Source of the DNA: Candidatus Nanopelagicales bacterium
GTDB taxonomy: Bacteria; Actinomycetota; Actinomycetes; S36-B12
DNA: 64,000 nucleotides
Assembly: GCA_030830865.1 (NCBI GenBank)
Contig: JAURME010000001.1
Coordinates: forward strand, 14,750 to 78,749
Reading direction: 5' to 3'
Shown here piece by piece: positions 8,986 through 22,126 of this stretch. Within the stretch, counting starts at the first letter, position 1; every line of letters starts with the position of its first letter. Below the pieces are notes generated by a model. That model had not been told where the DNA came from, did not search any database, and saw only the letters and a list, made by a program, of their open reading frames with translations. Made by a program: the position numbers and the translations under genes.

Positions 8986-10875
8986 GTGTCCATGGCGCTG
9001 TATCGCACGTATCGACCCGCGACCCTCGACGAGGTCGTGGGCCAGGACCACGTCACCGGACCCCTGCGTCGCGCCCTGGCCAACGACCGCGTGCACCACG
9101 CCTACCTGTTCTCAGGCCCGCGCGGCTGCGGTAAGACCTCGACCGCCCGTATCCTCGCCCGCTCGCTCAACTGCGAGCAGGGCCCCACACCCGACCCGTG
9201 CGGGGAGTGCCAGTCGTGCCTCGACCTCGCCCCGAACGGTCCGGGATCCATCGACGTCATCGAGCTCGACGCGGCGAGCCACGGTGGCGTCGACGACACC
9301 CGCGAACTCCGAGAGCGCGCGATGTTCGCGCCTGCTGCCTCGCGTTACAAGGTCTACATCATCGACGAGGCGCACATGGTCACGACGCAGGGATTCAACG
9401 CCCTGCTCAAGCTCGTCGAGGAGCCACCGGAGCACGTGCGCTTCATCTTCGCCACCACCGAGGTCGAGAAGGTGCTGCCGACGATCCGCTCGCGCACGCA
9501 CAACTACACCTTCCGGCTCGTCCCCAACAAGGGACTGCAGCAGCACCTCGCCGGTGTCTGCGACAAGGAGGGGATGCCGTACGAGCCGGAGGCCCTCGCG
9601 CTCGTCGCGCGTGCCGGCGCCGGGAGTGTGCGCGACAGCCTGTCGGTCCTCGGGCAGGTCATGTCGGGAGCGGGCCCGGAGGGGGTCACGTACTCCGAGG
9701 CTGTCGCGCAGTTGGGAATGACGGACGCAGCGTTGCTCGACGACACCATCACGGCTTTGGCCGACCACGACGGCGCCTCGATGTTCACCGTCATCGACCG
9801 CGTCATCGACGCCGGGCATGACCCTCGCCGGTTCGTCACCGACCTGCTGGAGCGCTTCCGCGACCTGATCGTCCTGCACTCGGTGCCCAACGCCGCGGAG
9901 CTCGGACTCATCGAAGCCCCCGAGGATCGGCTCGCGTCGGAGATCGAGCAGTCCCAGCGGTTCGGCCTGGCGGAGCTCACGCGCGCGGCGGACGTGACGT
10001 CGGATGCACTGAGTGATCTCAAGGGCGCCACGGCACCGCGACTCCACCTCGAGCTCATGGCGGCTCGCCTGTTATTGCCCGCAGCCGACACCGATGAGGC
10101 TGCTATGCGCGCCCGTCTTGATCAGCTCGAGCGTCGAGTCGCCTCGGCTCCTGTGCATGCGGTAGCCCCGGTGGCCGCTCCGCCAGACAAGGCCGCGCCG
10201 TCGACTGATGCCGCTCCCGCACCCTCGGCGGCACCTGCAGCTCCGGCGGGCGAGCCGGCAGAGTCCACTTCCACTTCCGCGGCCGCGGCCGCACCGGGTC
10301 GTCGTCGTCCGCCCAAACTGTCCGACGTCGCACCCTCCTCTGCGTCATCGAGCAGCGCCGCGGACGATCGACCCGAGCCGGCGGCATCGCCGGAACCTGC
10401 GCCGTCGAGCGGCAGCCAGAGCGTCGACGAGTTCATCTCGATGTGGCCGGCGGTCCTCGAGGCCGTCAAGTCGTACTCCAAGGTCGCGTGGATGTCCTTC
10501 TCCTCCTCGCGGCCTGTGTCGTTGTCGAACGGCGAACTCGCCGTGGCCGTCGGTGACGCGGGCACCGTGAAGGGTCTGGTCTCCAGCGGCCACGACGAGC
10601 GACTGCGCCAGGCGATCCTCGATGTCATGCGCGTCGACGTGAAGGTCAGCGTGATCCTGGCCCCCGACAAGGCGGTCCCCGTCACGGCTTCTGCGCCGGC
10701 ACCGGCATCGGCACCGGAAGCGGCTGCGTCCCCAGAGAGCGACGACGCCCCTCCACCGCCCGCACCGGAGCCCGACGCCCCGAGCATGGATGACGCGGAC
10801 ATGGACGACGCCTCCGGGATCGACCTGGCCCTGCGCGAGTTCGGCGCCACCCAGATCGGGGAGATCGAGCACTGA
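8986..10875 (+). CDS. dnaX: DNA polymerase III subunits gamma/tau
   Basis: Walker A GPRGCGKTS, Zn module CGECQSC, Walker B IIDEAHM, sensor TIRSRTH, long Ala/Pro/Ser-rich linker. Confidence 0.95.
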   Translation: MSMALYRTYRPATLDEVVGQDHVTGPLRRALANDRVHHAYLFSGPRGCGKTSTARILARSLNCEQGPTPDPCGECQSCLDLAPNGPGSIDVIELDAASHGGVDDTRELRERAMFAPAASRYKVYIIDEAHMVTTQGFNALLKLVEEPPEHVRFIFATTEVEKVLPTIRSRTHNYTFRLVPNKGLQQHLAGVCDKEGMPYEPEALALVARAGAGSVRDSLSVLGQVMSGAGPEGVTYSEAVAQLGMTDAALLDDTITALADHDGASMFTVIDRVIDAGHDPRRFVTDLLERFRDLIVLHSVPNAAELGLIEAPEDRLASEIEQSQRFGLAELTRAADVTSDALSDLKGATAPRLHLELMAARLLLPAADTDEAAMRARLDQLERRVASAPVHAVAPVAAPPDKAAPSTDAAPAPSAAPAAPAGEPAESTSTSAAAAAPGRRRPPKLSDVAPSSASSSSAADDRPEPAASPEPAPSSGSQSVDEFISMWPAVLEAVKSYSKVAWMSFSSSRPVSLSNGELAVAVGDAGTVKGLVSSGHDERLRQAILDVMRVDVKVSVILAPDKAVPVTASAPAPASAPEAAASPESDDAPPPPAPEPDAPSMDDADMDDASGIDLALREFGATQIGEIEH

Positions 10876-10914
10876 TGGCAGATCGAGCACTGATGAACAG
10901 GGGTTTGTTCAGCC

Positions 10915-11508
10915 ATGTATGAGGGAATCGTCCAGGACCTCATCGACGAACTCGGCCGGCTCCCGGGAGTGGGACCGAAGAGCGCGCAGCGCATCGCATT
11001 CCACATCCTCGCTGCCGATCCTTCCGACGTGAACCGGCTCGCCTCGATCCTGCGGGAGGTCAAGGAGAAGGTGCGCTTCTGCTCGATCTGCGGCAACGTC
11101 GCGGAGGAGGAGCAGTGCCGGATCTGCCTCGATCAGCGTCGAGACCCCTCCATCCTGTGCGTGGTCGAGGAGCCCAAGGACGTCCTCGCCATCGAGAAGA
11201 CCCGCGAGTTCCGTGGTCGGTACCACGTGCTCGGCGGCGCGATCTCGCCGATCGACGGCATCGGGCCGGACGACCTGCGCATCCGTGAGCTGCTGGCTCG
11301 ACTTGCCGACGGCGCCGTCACGGAGGTCATCCTCGCCACGGACCCGAACCTCGAGGGTGAGGCGACGGCCACCTATCTGGCCCGGATGATCTCGCCGCTG
11401 GAGATCGCCGTCTCCCGGTTGGCCAGCGGCCTGCCCGTCGGCGGTGACCTGGAGTACGCCGACGAGGTCACGCTCGGGCGAGCCTTCGAGGGCCGCCGTC
11501 GCGTGTGA
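10915..11508 (+). CDS. recR: recombination protein RecR
   Basis: HhH ([14 protein letters not shown]), Cys4 finger [16 protein letters not shown], Toprim region. Full length, 197 aa. Confidence 0.95.
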   Translation: MYEGIVQDLIDELGRLPGVGPKSAQRIAFHILAADPSDVNRLASILREVKEKVRFCSICGNVAEEEQCRICLDQRRDPSILCVVEEPKDVLAIEKTREFRGRYHVLGGAISPIDGIGPDDLRIRELLARLADGAVTEVILATDPNLEGEATATYLARMISPLEIAVSRLASGLPVGGDLEYADEVTLGRAFEGRRRV

Positions 11509-11562
11509 GTCACCCGGACGCGTGGTCAAGTGCCCTCGGAAGCGCGGATAGACTTGCGGCTT

Positions 11563-14493
<2,931 letters not shown>

Positions 14494-14497
<4 letters not shown>

Positions 14498-15282
14498 GTC
14501 AGCGCCGGCCGTGCGTAGGAGAGCTCGGCGTAGTCGCGTGCGTAGACCTCGCCGACGAGATCCAGAAGAGCCGGCGTGTAGTAGTCCGCTATCCGAGCGC
14601 TCGCACCGGTGGAATTCCGGCAGAAGTACTGGCCCCGGAGGTCCGGAGTGCGGGTGAGCTCCCCGATGAGGTCCCACGAGGCATCCAGGTCCTCCAGGTG
14701 GACGACGGCGTCGTAGTCGACGATCCCGAGACCGATGTGGTCGGCCTGCCGCCGCCAGTGCGGGTCCTGCTTGCGTGAGGGCAGGTCGGCGATCACCTCG
14801 AGGAACTGCTCCAGCGAGACATCGGCCGGGGCTATCTCCCCGCCGGTGCGCTCTCGCAGGATCTCGACGATCGGCTCGCTCTGCTTCAGGCCCTGGCCCA
14901 CCTTCTCCAGGAACCCGGAGAGGGAACGTGCGGCGGGTTCGCGGACGACCGTGAAGCGCCGGTAGTCCGACGAGGTCAGCACGTGCTCCAGCAGGTCGTC
15001 GGGCAGTTGGAAGGGGCGGACGAACGGGGTTGCGGAGAGCCGGTCGTGCGGGGCGTCTTGGAAGCGGCGGGCCATGCCCGGGTTGTTGCGTGCCGCCTCC
15101 ATGCCGCCGAGGGTGGCCTTCATCGTGCCGCAGCCGGCTTTCGGGACCTCGACGTAGACGTAGCGGTTGACCAGCGAGATATGGGTGTGGAGGTTGACCG
15201 ATCGCCAGCCCATCGACTGCACGTATGCGGCGGTCACGGGGCCGAGCTTCGTGCGCGCCGGGCGTCGATCGGGCACCGTCAT
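14494..15282 (-). CDS. sulfotransferase family 2 protein
   Basis: PAPS-loop-like VEVPKAGCGTMKATL. ORF 14494..15435 trimmed to Met52 (MTVPDRRP) because the extension overlaps tRNA-Pro. Confidence 0.65.
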
Positions 15283-15376
15283 GCTGCGAAGGCTAGTGCG
15301 CTCGGTCGGGTGGGCCCGGGAGGTGTCCCCCGCTGGTCGGAGACCATCCGTGACTCGGTTAGACTCCGCGAGGTTT

Positions 15377-15453
<77 letters not shown>

Positions 15454-15459
15454 ATGCGT

Positions 15460-15487
15460 GAGGGTCGACCCCTGTGGGTCGGCCCTC
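15460..15487. terminator. hairpin between tRNA-Pro and the convergent phosphoesterase gene
   Basis: GAGGGTCGACCC-CTGT-GGGTCGGCCCTC, a 12-bp stem with one G-U pair. Confidence 0.55.
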
Positions 15488-15501
15488 ACGCCCTTCCTGA
15501 G

Positions 15502-16386
15502 TCAGATCCGTGAGGTGAGGGTCAGCAGGGTCGCCTCGGGGCGGCAGGCGATCCGGACCGGCGCATAGGGCGAGGTGCCCAACCCCGCCGACACGTGGAT
15601 CGCCACGCCCTCGTGCTCGGACAGGCCCTTGGCTTTGCTCCGGGGCAGATCGCAGTTCGTCACCAGAGCACCGAAGCCCGGGACGCACAACTGGCCACCG
15701 TGGGTGTGTCCGGCGAGGATGAGGTCGGCCCGGTCACCGGCCATGCCGTCGAGCACCCGAAGGTAGGGCGCATGCGTGACCCCGAGGGCGAGGTCGGCAC
15801 CGGCGTCGAAGGGCCCGGAGACGTCCTCGTAGCGATCCCGGCTGATGTGGGGATCGTCCACTCCGCGAATGTCGATCGTTCGACCGTCGACGGTCAGCGT
15901 CCCGCGGGCGTTGCCCAGATCGAGCCATCCGTTCGCCGTGACGCCGTCGACGAGGTCCTGCCACGGCAGCATGGCGCGCTTGGGCTCCAGCTGTGACGGG
16001 CCCCGCAGGTACTTCGCGGGGTTCAGCGGACGTGGTGCGTAGTAGTCGTTGCTGCCCAGCACGAACGCCCCCGGCACGTCGAACAGCGGGTCTAGGGCGT
16101 CAAGGACATGGGGGATCGCATCCCGATGAGACAGGAAGTCGCCCGTCACGACGACGGCATCGGGGCGGAGTGCCCGGAGTGACTGGACCCACCGCACCTT
16201 CCCGGTCTGGCCGGGGACCAGGTGGAGGTCCGACAGGTGGAGGATCCGCAGCGGTGGCTGACCGCTCGGGAGGACCGGCACCTCGGCCCGGCGCAGCGTG
16301 TAGGCCTGCGCCTCCCAGCGCGCGTAGGCGAGGGTCGCCACACCGGCGGCCACGGTGCCCAGGGCCAGTCGAGTCAGCGGGTGCAT
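15502..16386 (-). CDS. metallophosphoesterase (Rv3683-like)
   Basis: Calcineurin-like motifs HLSDLH, TGDF, GSNDYY, AGHTHGG. N-terminal TM. Confidence 0.8.
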   Translation of the reverse strand: MHPLTRLALGTVAAGVATLAYARWEAQAYTLRRAEVPVLPSGQPPLRILHLSDLHLVPGQTGKVRWVQSLRALRPDAVVVTGDFLSHRDAIPHVLDALDPLFDVPGAFVLGSNDYYAPRPLNPAKYLRGPSQLEPKRAMLPWQDLVDGVTANGWLDLGNARGTLTVDGRTIDIRGVDDPHISRDRYEDVSGPFDAGADLALGVTHAPYLRVLDGMAGDRADLILAGHTHGGQLCVPGFGALVTNCDLPRSKAKGLSEHEGVAIHVSAGLGTSPYAPVRIACRPEATLLTLTSRI

Positions 16387-16455
16387 CCGGTCATGGTCCC
16401 ATGAGCCTGCGAGTCCGACCGAATCCGCTCACGGCAGCGGTGCGAGAATGCCGGA

Positions 16456-16923
16456 ATGAGCGCCCTGAAGGACACCATCAAGTCCGACCTCACCACTGCC
16501 ATGAAGGCGCGCGACGAGGTCACGTCGGCCACGCTGCGCATGGTCCTCACCGCGATCACCAATGAGGAGGTCTCCGGCAAGGAGGCTCGTGAACTGTCCG
16601 ACGACGATGTCATCACCGTGCTCGGCCGGGAGGCGAAGAAACGCCGCGAGGCGGCAGAGGCCTATGACGCTGCTGACCGCCCCGAGCTCGCCGACCGCGA
16701 GCGGGCAGAGCTGCAGGTCATCGCAGGGTATCTGCCACAGGCGTTGAGCGACGGTGAGGTCCGCTCCATCGTGGAGGCCGCGGTCGCCGAGGTGACCGCG
16801 GGCGGGGCGTCCGGAGGCGCCGCGATGGGACAGGTGATGAAGATCGTGCAACCGCAGGTGAAGGGTCGAGCGGACGGCGGGGTCGTCGCCGGGATGGTGA
16901 AGTCGGCCCTGGGAATGGACTGA
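16456..16923 (+). CDS. GatB/YqeY domain protein
   Basis: MSALKDTIKSDLTTAMKARD...LRMVLTAI...VLGREAKKRREAAEAY is typical of the YqeY family. Confidence 0.8.
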   Translation: MSALKDTIKSDLTTAMKARDEVTSATLRMVLTAITNEEVSGKEARELSDDDVITVLGREAKKRREAAEAYDAADRPELADRERAELQVIAGYLPQALSDGEVRSIVEAAVAEVTAGGASGGAAMGQVMKIVQPQVKGRADGGVVAGMVKSALGMD

Positions 16924-16932
16924 CCCGCTCGC

Positions 16933-19191
16933 CTACTGCGGGCCGAATTCCTCGCCCGCTCCTGCGTCTGCCGGGGGAACCACAGGTGCTGGGTCGAACG
17001 CGCCCGGATCGGCAGCCGGATCTTCGAACGGCGAGTCCGTCACGACGTCGGTGTTGTCGAACGTGGGAATCTCGTCGACCGGCTCCGGCTCGACGAACTC
17101 CGGAGTCAGGGTCACTCCGTCGATCGTCCTGAGGTCGAACCTCCCCGGCTCGGTGCCGACGAGGGCGGCCTCCATCGAGGTACGCCAGATCGGCCCGGGC
17201 AGGGTGCCGCCGTACACCTGCGAGTAGTAGGTGTCGTTGATCGTGACGTCCTTCATCGGGTAGGCGAACCCACCGCGAGGATCGCCGACCCAGGCAGCCG
17301 CCGCGATCTGCGGGGTGTAGCCGGCGAACCAGACCGCGGCGGACTCGTTCGTCGTGCCCGTCTTGCCGGCGACCTGACGGTTCTCCAGAGCCATCGCGGC
17401 GCCGGTGCGCCCTCCGATGCCGCCGTCGACCACGCCGTTGAGCATGAGCGTCACGGTGTCGGCCACATTGCGCTTGAGCACCCGCTGACAGTCGCCGTCG
17501 GGGGCCGGGATGGGGTTGCCGTCCCGGTCGCGGATGTCGAGGATGGCGACGGGCTTGCAGTAGACGCCGTGAGCGGCGAACGTCGCGTAGGCATTGGCCA
17601 TGGCCAGCGGAGTGACCTCCATGGTGCCGATCGCCAGGGTGGGGACGCGCAGCAGCGGGTCGCCGTTGCCGAGGTAGACACCCATCGACTCGGCGATCTC
17701 GGCGGGCCGGCAGATACCGGTGCGCTCCGCGATCGTCATGAAGTAGGTGTTCGTCGAGTAGGCGGTGGCACGGGCCATGTCCAGAGTGCCGGACGTCGTG
17801 CTGTTGCGGATCGTGACGGGTTCGAACGGCTCGCCGGTGTCACAGTTCACGAATTCGGTGAAGGTCTTCGAACTCGGGGAGGAGATGTACTCATTGGGGG
17901 AGATGCCCATCTCCAGGGCGGCCGCCATCGGGAACACCTTGAAGATTGACCCCGCCTGCATGCCGATGGTGCCACCCATGGCGCGATCGACGTTGTAGTT
18001 GTAGGTCGTCTTGCCGCGACCCTCGGTTCCCCATTCCCGGTTCTGGGCCATCGCGAGCACATGGCCGGTGCCCGGCTGGACCATGGAGATCGCCGCGGCC
18101 TTGCGGCTCTTGTCCTTGATGGGGATGTACGACGTCACGGCGGCGTAGGCCCCGTTCTGGGCCTGCGGGTCGAGGGTCGTGCGGATCGTGTAGCCACCGC
18201 GGCGCAGGAAGGCTTCGCGCTCCTCGGGGGTGGCGCCGAAGGCCGGATCCTGCCGGATCGTCTGCACCACGTAGTCGCAGAAGAACGGAGCCCACGACGA
18301 GGTGCACCCGTTGTTCGTCTTGGTGGGATTGAGCAGCTGCCGCATCGGAACGAGGGAGGCGCGGTCGGCTTGGTCGCGGGTGATGTAGCCGAGGTCGGCC
18401 ATGCGCTTGAGGACGACGTTGCGGCGGGTGGTACTCAACTCGGGGTTGCGCAGGGGGTCGTACGCGGTCGGCTGCTGGACTATCCCGGCGAGGGTGGCGG
18501 CCTCGGCGATGCTGAGGTTCGCTGCCGACTTGGAGAAGTAGCGACGAGCAGCGGCCTCGACACCGTAGGCGCCGGCACCGAAGTAGGCGATGTTCAGGTA
18601 GCGCTCGAGGATGTCGCCCTTGCTGAAGATCTTCTCCAGGCTGAGGGCGAAGCGCACCTCGCGGAGTTTGCGTGCAGCGCTGTCGCCACGCGCGGCGTCG
18701 AGGTCCTCGGCCGAGGTGGCCTGGTTGACCAGCACGTTCTTGACGTACTGCATGGTCAGGGTCGAGCTGCCCTGCTCGATCTGACCCTGCTCGACGTTCG
18801 TTGCCAGGGATCTCATGATGCCGCGGAAGTCGACCCCGTTGTGGTTGAGGAAACGGGCGTCCTCGATGGACACGGTGGCCTGGCGCATGAACGGACTGAT
18901 GCTCTCCAGGGGCACCTCGACGCGGTTCTGGTAGTACAGCGTGGCGAGCACGGAGCCGTCGGAGGCGAGGATGAGGGTGCGTTGGGGTAGTGGCGGGGTG
19001 CTGAGGGAGTCCGGCAGGCTCTGGAAATCCTTGACGACGTCCCGGGCCACCACTCCGGCCCCGCCGACGAACGGCAGCAGCATGAAGGCGAAGAGCAGTC
19101 CGGCGACCACCGCGAGGGTGAGGATGCCGGCCAGACGCGCGAGGATCCCCAACGGGCCCGGTCGATGCCCCGGTGGCTGCTGCATGCTCAT
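16933..19191 (-). CDS. class A penicillin-binding protein (transglycosylase/transpeptidase)
   Basis: TM anchor, GT51 motif EDARFLNHNGVD, transpeptidase SIFK (SxxK) and KTGTT. Confidence 0.9.
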   Translation of the reverse strand: MSMQQPPGHRPGPLGILARLAGILTLAVVAGLLFAFMLLPFVGGAGVVARDVVKDFQSLPDSLSTPPLPQRTLILASDGSVLATLYYQNRVEVPLESISPFMRQATVSIEDARFLNHNGVDFRGIMRSLATNVEQGQIEQGSSTLTMQYVKNVLVNQATSAEDLDAARGDSAARKLREVRFALSLEKIFSKGDILERYLNIAYFGAGAYGVEAAARRYFSKSAANLSIAEAATLAGIVQQPTAYDPLRNPELSTTRRNVVLKRMADLGYITRDQADRASLVPMRQLLNPTKTNNGCTSSWAPFFCDYVVQTIRQDPAFGATPEEREAFLRRGGYTIRTTLDPQAQNGAYAAVTSYIPIKDKSRKAAAISMVQPGTGHVLAMAQNREWGTEGRGKTTYNYNVDRAMGGTIGMQAGSIFKVFPMAAALEMGISPNEYISSPSSKTFTEFVNCDTGEPFEPVTIRNSTTSGTLDMARATAYSTNTYFMTIAERTGICRPAEIAESMGVYLGNGDPLLRVPTLAIGTMEVTPLAMANAYATFAAHGVYCKPVAILDIRDRDGNPIPAPDGDCQRVLKRNVADTVTLMLNGVVDGGIGGRTGAAMALENRQVAGKTGTTNESAAVWFAGYTPQIAAAAWVGDPRGGFAYPMKDVTINDTYYSQVYGGTLPGPIWRTSMEAALVGTEPGRFDLRTIDGVTLTPEFVEPEPVDEIPTFDNTDVVTDSPFEDPAADPGAFDPAPVVPPADAGAGEEFGPQ

Positions 19192-19260
19192 CAGACGATC
19201 AGGGTAAGCGCCCCGGTTCCGATTGCCGCCCTGGGACGCTCGCAGGAATGTCCTTCATGC

Positions 19261-19320
19261 GACATACCTACGACATATAGCCATAATAGACTAAAAGTAA
19301 CTAGTTATAAAGAACCTTTC
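19261..19320. promoter_or_regulatory. AT-rich divergent promoter region (PBP / whiB)
   Basis: GACATACCTACGACATATAGCCATAATAGACTAAAAGTAACTAGTTATAAAGAACCTTTC stands out against the GC-rich flanks. Contains TANNNT hexamers, e.g. TAGACT at 19287..19292. Confidence 0.5.
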
Positions 19321-19381
19321 TGAGGGGCGTCCTCAGGCGTAACGTCCGGCGGCACGTGATCAACGGAGGGGTATCACCAGC

Positions 19382-19696
19382 ATGACGCTCGATGTCGAAT
19401 GGGCCACGCAGGCAGCGTGCCGCACGACCGATCCCGATTCACTGTTCGTCCAGGGCGCGGCCCAGAATCGCGCGAAGGCCATCTGCGTGGGGTGCCAGGT
19501 GCGCACCGAGTGCCTCGCGGACGCGCTCGACAATCGCGTCGAGTTCGGGGTCTGGGGTGGCATGACGGAACGGGAGCGCCGTGCTCTGCTGCGTCGCCGG
19601 CCGAACGTCACCTCGTGGCGTGCCCTGCTGCAGACCGCTCATGATGAGTATGAGCGTCAGCGGATCCTGACGGGCACGTCGGAACGCGCCAGCTAG
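19382..19696 (+). CDS. whiB4: WhiB-family regulator (WhiB4/WblA type)
   Basis: CRTTDPDSLFV...C-VGC-QVRTEC four-Cys cluster and the GVWGGMTERERR turn. Neighbourhood (PBP, ArsA-like ATPases, crp) matches Rv3681c. Confidence 0.85.
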   Translation: MTLDVEWATQAACRTTDPDSLFVQGAAQNRAKAICVGCQVRTECLADALDNRVEFGVWGGMTERERRALLRRRPNVTSWRALLQTAHDEYERQRILTGTSERAS

Positions 19697-19724
19697 CGAG
19701 GAGTGAGCAGCGCGAGCCCCGCAG

Positions 19725-20909
19725 CTAGGGGTTCGCGCTGTCGGCGATCAGCTCGCCGATCTCCCGCAGGCCGTCGAGGTCATGCACGTCGCCCGCCAGG
19801 GCGGTGACGGTCGCCACAGGTACGCCCGGATGCGCGGCGGCGAAGCGGTCCGCCAGATGCAACTGTCGGTCCGCCAACTGCATCCGCTGGGCATGCAGCG
19901 ACAGCAGCGCCGAGGTCAGCCCTGCACCCGCTGACGTGTCCGCGGCCTCGGCCAGCAGCTGTGCACCCGACGCCGCCTGCTCGGCCGTGAGCTGTGGGTC
20001 GTCGACCTGCTGCATCCGGTTCAGCACCAGCCCGGCCAACGGCATGTCGTCGGTGCGCAGCCGCTCGACGAAGTAGGCCGCCTCTCGCAGCGCGTCACGC
20101 TCCGGCGCCGCCACGACCACGAAGGACGTCCCGGCATCCTTCAGCAGCTCGTACGTTGCATCGGCCCGCTCGCGGAAGCCGCCGAACGTCGTGTCGATCG
20201 CCGCGACGAAGGCCCCGAGGTCACTGAGCACCTGGGCGCCCAGGATCTTGCTGAGCACGCCCGTGAAGATCCCGAACCCCATGGCGGCCAAACGGCCGAT
20301 GCCGCGCCCCGCACCGCGGGCAGGCGCTGTCAGGATGCGGATGAACCGGCCGTCCAGGAAGGACCCCAGTCGCGCCGGCGCGTCGAGGAAGTCCAGAGCG
20401 CTTCGTGAGGGCGGGGTGTCGACGATGATGAGGTCCCACGTTCCCTCCTCCTCGGCGCGGACGTGCAACTGCCCGAGCTTCTCCATCGCCATGTACTCCT
20501 GAGTGCCGGCGAAGGAGGACGACAGAGCCTGGTAGAACGGGTTGCCGAGGATCTGCTGGGCACGCTCCGGATCGGCATGGGCCTCGACGACCTCGTCGAA
20601 CGTGCGCTTCATGTCCAGCATCATCGCGAAGAGGGAGCCCGACCCGTCGGGTGCACAGACCCCCGGCACCTGCCGCGGGGTGTTGTCCAGCGAGGACAGC
20701 CCCATCGCCTGCGCGAGTCGCTTGGCAGGGTCGATCGTCAGCACGCAGACGTTGCGACCCGATTCCGCTCCGCGCAGTCCCAGTGCCGCAGCGGTCGTGG
20801 TCTTCCCGACACCGCCCGCTCCCGTGCACACGATGATGCGGACCCTGGGATCGGTGAGGATGCGATCGATGTTCAGCCGCGGTGCCCGGGCGAAGGCGTG
20901 GCCGTTCAT
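19725..20909 (-). CDS. ArsA/GET3-family ATPase (Rv3680-like)
   Basis: P-loop CTGAGGVGKTT. 4-bp overlap with the upstream paralogue. Confidence 0.8.
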   Translation of the reverse strand: MNGHAFARAPRLNIDRILTDPRVRIIVCTGAGGVGKTTTAAALGLRGAESGRNVCVLTIDPAKRLAQAMGLSSLDNTPRQVPGVCAPDGSGSLFAMMLDMKRTFDEVVEAHADPERAQQILGNPFYQALSSSFAGTQEYMAMEKLGQLHVRAEEEGTWDLIIVDTPPSRSALDFLDAPARLGSFLDGRFIRILTAPARGAGRGIGRLAAMGFGIFTGVLSKILGAQVLSDLGAFVAAIDTTFGGFRERADATYELLKDAGTSFVVVAAPERDALREAAYFVERLRTDDMPLAGLVLNRMQQVDDPQLTAEQAASGAQLLAEAADTSAGAGLTSALLSLHAQRMQLADRQLHLADRFAAAHPGVPVATVTALAGDVHDLDGLREIGELIADSANP

Positions 20910-21910
20910 GATGCACGCTCCGGTCCGACGCCCTGATCGGCGAGGATCTCCGCGAGTTCGTACAGGCTGCCGAGGTCGATGCCTCCCGAGATCAGCGGGA
21001 GGACCATGGTGGGCAGCCCGAGGTCGGTGATGCGCGCCATCTCCCTCTCCTCCAGGGCGACGCGATGGGCATGATCGACGGCCTCGCGCAGCAGGGCCGG
21101 GACGATCTCGCCGCCGTGAGCGCCAAGGCCACAGGCAGCGAGGGCATCGGCGATCTCCTGCACCGGAAGTGTGCCCGCCACGGCCGCCGCCAACTGATCG
21201 CCGTCGAGCACGGGCGGACGCGTCATGTTCACGATGATGCCGCCGACGGGCAGGTTGTCGGCCTGCAGCTCGGCGATGCCGTCGATCGTCTCCTGGACCG
21301 GCATCTCCTCCAGCAGAGTCACCAGGTGCACGGCCGTCGCAGGTGAGGCGAGCACCCCCATCACGAGGTCGGCGTGGTTGCGCACGGGACCCACCCTCGC
21401 CAGGCCGGAGACCTCGGAGTTCACGTTCAGGAAGCGGGCGATGCGGCCCGTGGGCGGCGCGTCCATCACGACGGCGTCGTACGCCCCCGGCTCGTCCTTC
21501 AGCTTCCGGCGCACGACCTCGACGGCCTTACCCGTCAGGAGGACGTCGCGCAGGCCCGGCGCGATCGTCGTCGCGAAGTCGACGGCGCCCATCTTGCGCA
21601 GCGCCGATCCGGCGCGCTTGAGGTTGTAGAAGGTCTCCAGGTAGTCGAGGAGCGCCTCCTGGGGGTCGACGGCCAGGGCCCAGACCTCACCGCCCCCGGG
21701 AGCGACGGCGACCTTGCGCTCCTCGTACGGCAGCGGTGCCGTGTCGAAGAGCTGTGCGATGCCCTGCCGGCCCTCCACCTCGATGAGCAGGGTCCGACGA
21801 CCGTCCCGTGCCAACGCGAGGGCGAGTGCCGCTGCGACCGTGGTCTTGCCCGTGCCTCCCTTGCCCGAGACGACGTGCAGGGCCACGTCGGGCCAGCGTC
21901 GGTCGGTCAC
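20906..21910 (-). CDS. ArsA/GET3-family ATPase (Rv3679-like)
   Basis: P-loop SGKGGTGKTT. Confidence 0.8.
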   Translation of the reverse strand: MTDRRWPDVALHVVSGKGGTGKTTVAAALALALARDGRRTLLIEVEGRQGIAQLFDTAPLPYEERKVAVAPGGGEVWALAVDPQEALLDYLETFYNLKRAGSALRKMGAVDFATTIAPGLRDVLLTGKAVEVVRRKLKDEPGAYDAVVMDAPPTGRIARFLNVNSEVSGLARVGPVRNHADLVMGVLASPATAVHLVTLLEEMPVQETIDGIAELQADNLPVGGIIVNMTRPPVLDGDQLAAAVAGTLPVQEIADALAACGLGAHGGEIVPALLREAVDHAHRVALEEREMARITDLGLPTMVLPLISGGIDLGSLYELAEILADQGVGPERAS

Positions 21911-21964
21911 TTCGTCAGCCTATTCGCCGTGAAGGTGTGATGTCGGTGGGACTACTGTCGGTGC

Positions 21965-22126
21965 ATGACCACCTGGGAATACGCCACCGTGCCGCTGCTC
22001 GTGCACGCAACCAAGCAGATACTCGATACGTGGGGCCAGGACGGGTGGGAACTCGTCCAGGTCGTGCCGGGACCCAACCCGGAGAACATGGTCGCGTACC
22101 TGAAGCGACCCACAGGGGAGGCGTGA
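21965..22126 (+). CDS. small DUF4177-like protein (53 aa)
   Basis: Below the ORF-track size cutoff. Hand translation: MTTWEYATVPLLVHATKQILDTWGQDGWELVQVVPGPNPENMVAYLKRPTGEA. Its stop overlaps the next start (ATGA). Confidence 0.6.
   Translation: MTTWEYATVPLLVHATKQILDTWGQDGWELVQVVPGPNPENMVAYLKRPTGEA

Noticed and set aside
8986-10875. Programmed frameshift or slippage site in dnaX, as in E. coli tau/gamma
   Set aside because: I saw no A-rich slippery heptamer or A-run in the GC-rich coding sequence, so there is no support from the sequence.
19725-21910. Two ArsA-like ATPases as an arsenic-resistance operon
   Set aside because: No arsR, arsB, arsC or acr3 genes are adjacent. The pair is the conserved Rv3679/Rv3680-type module next to whiB4.
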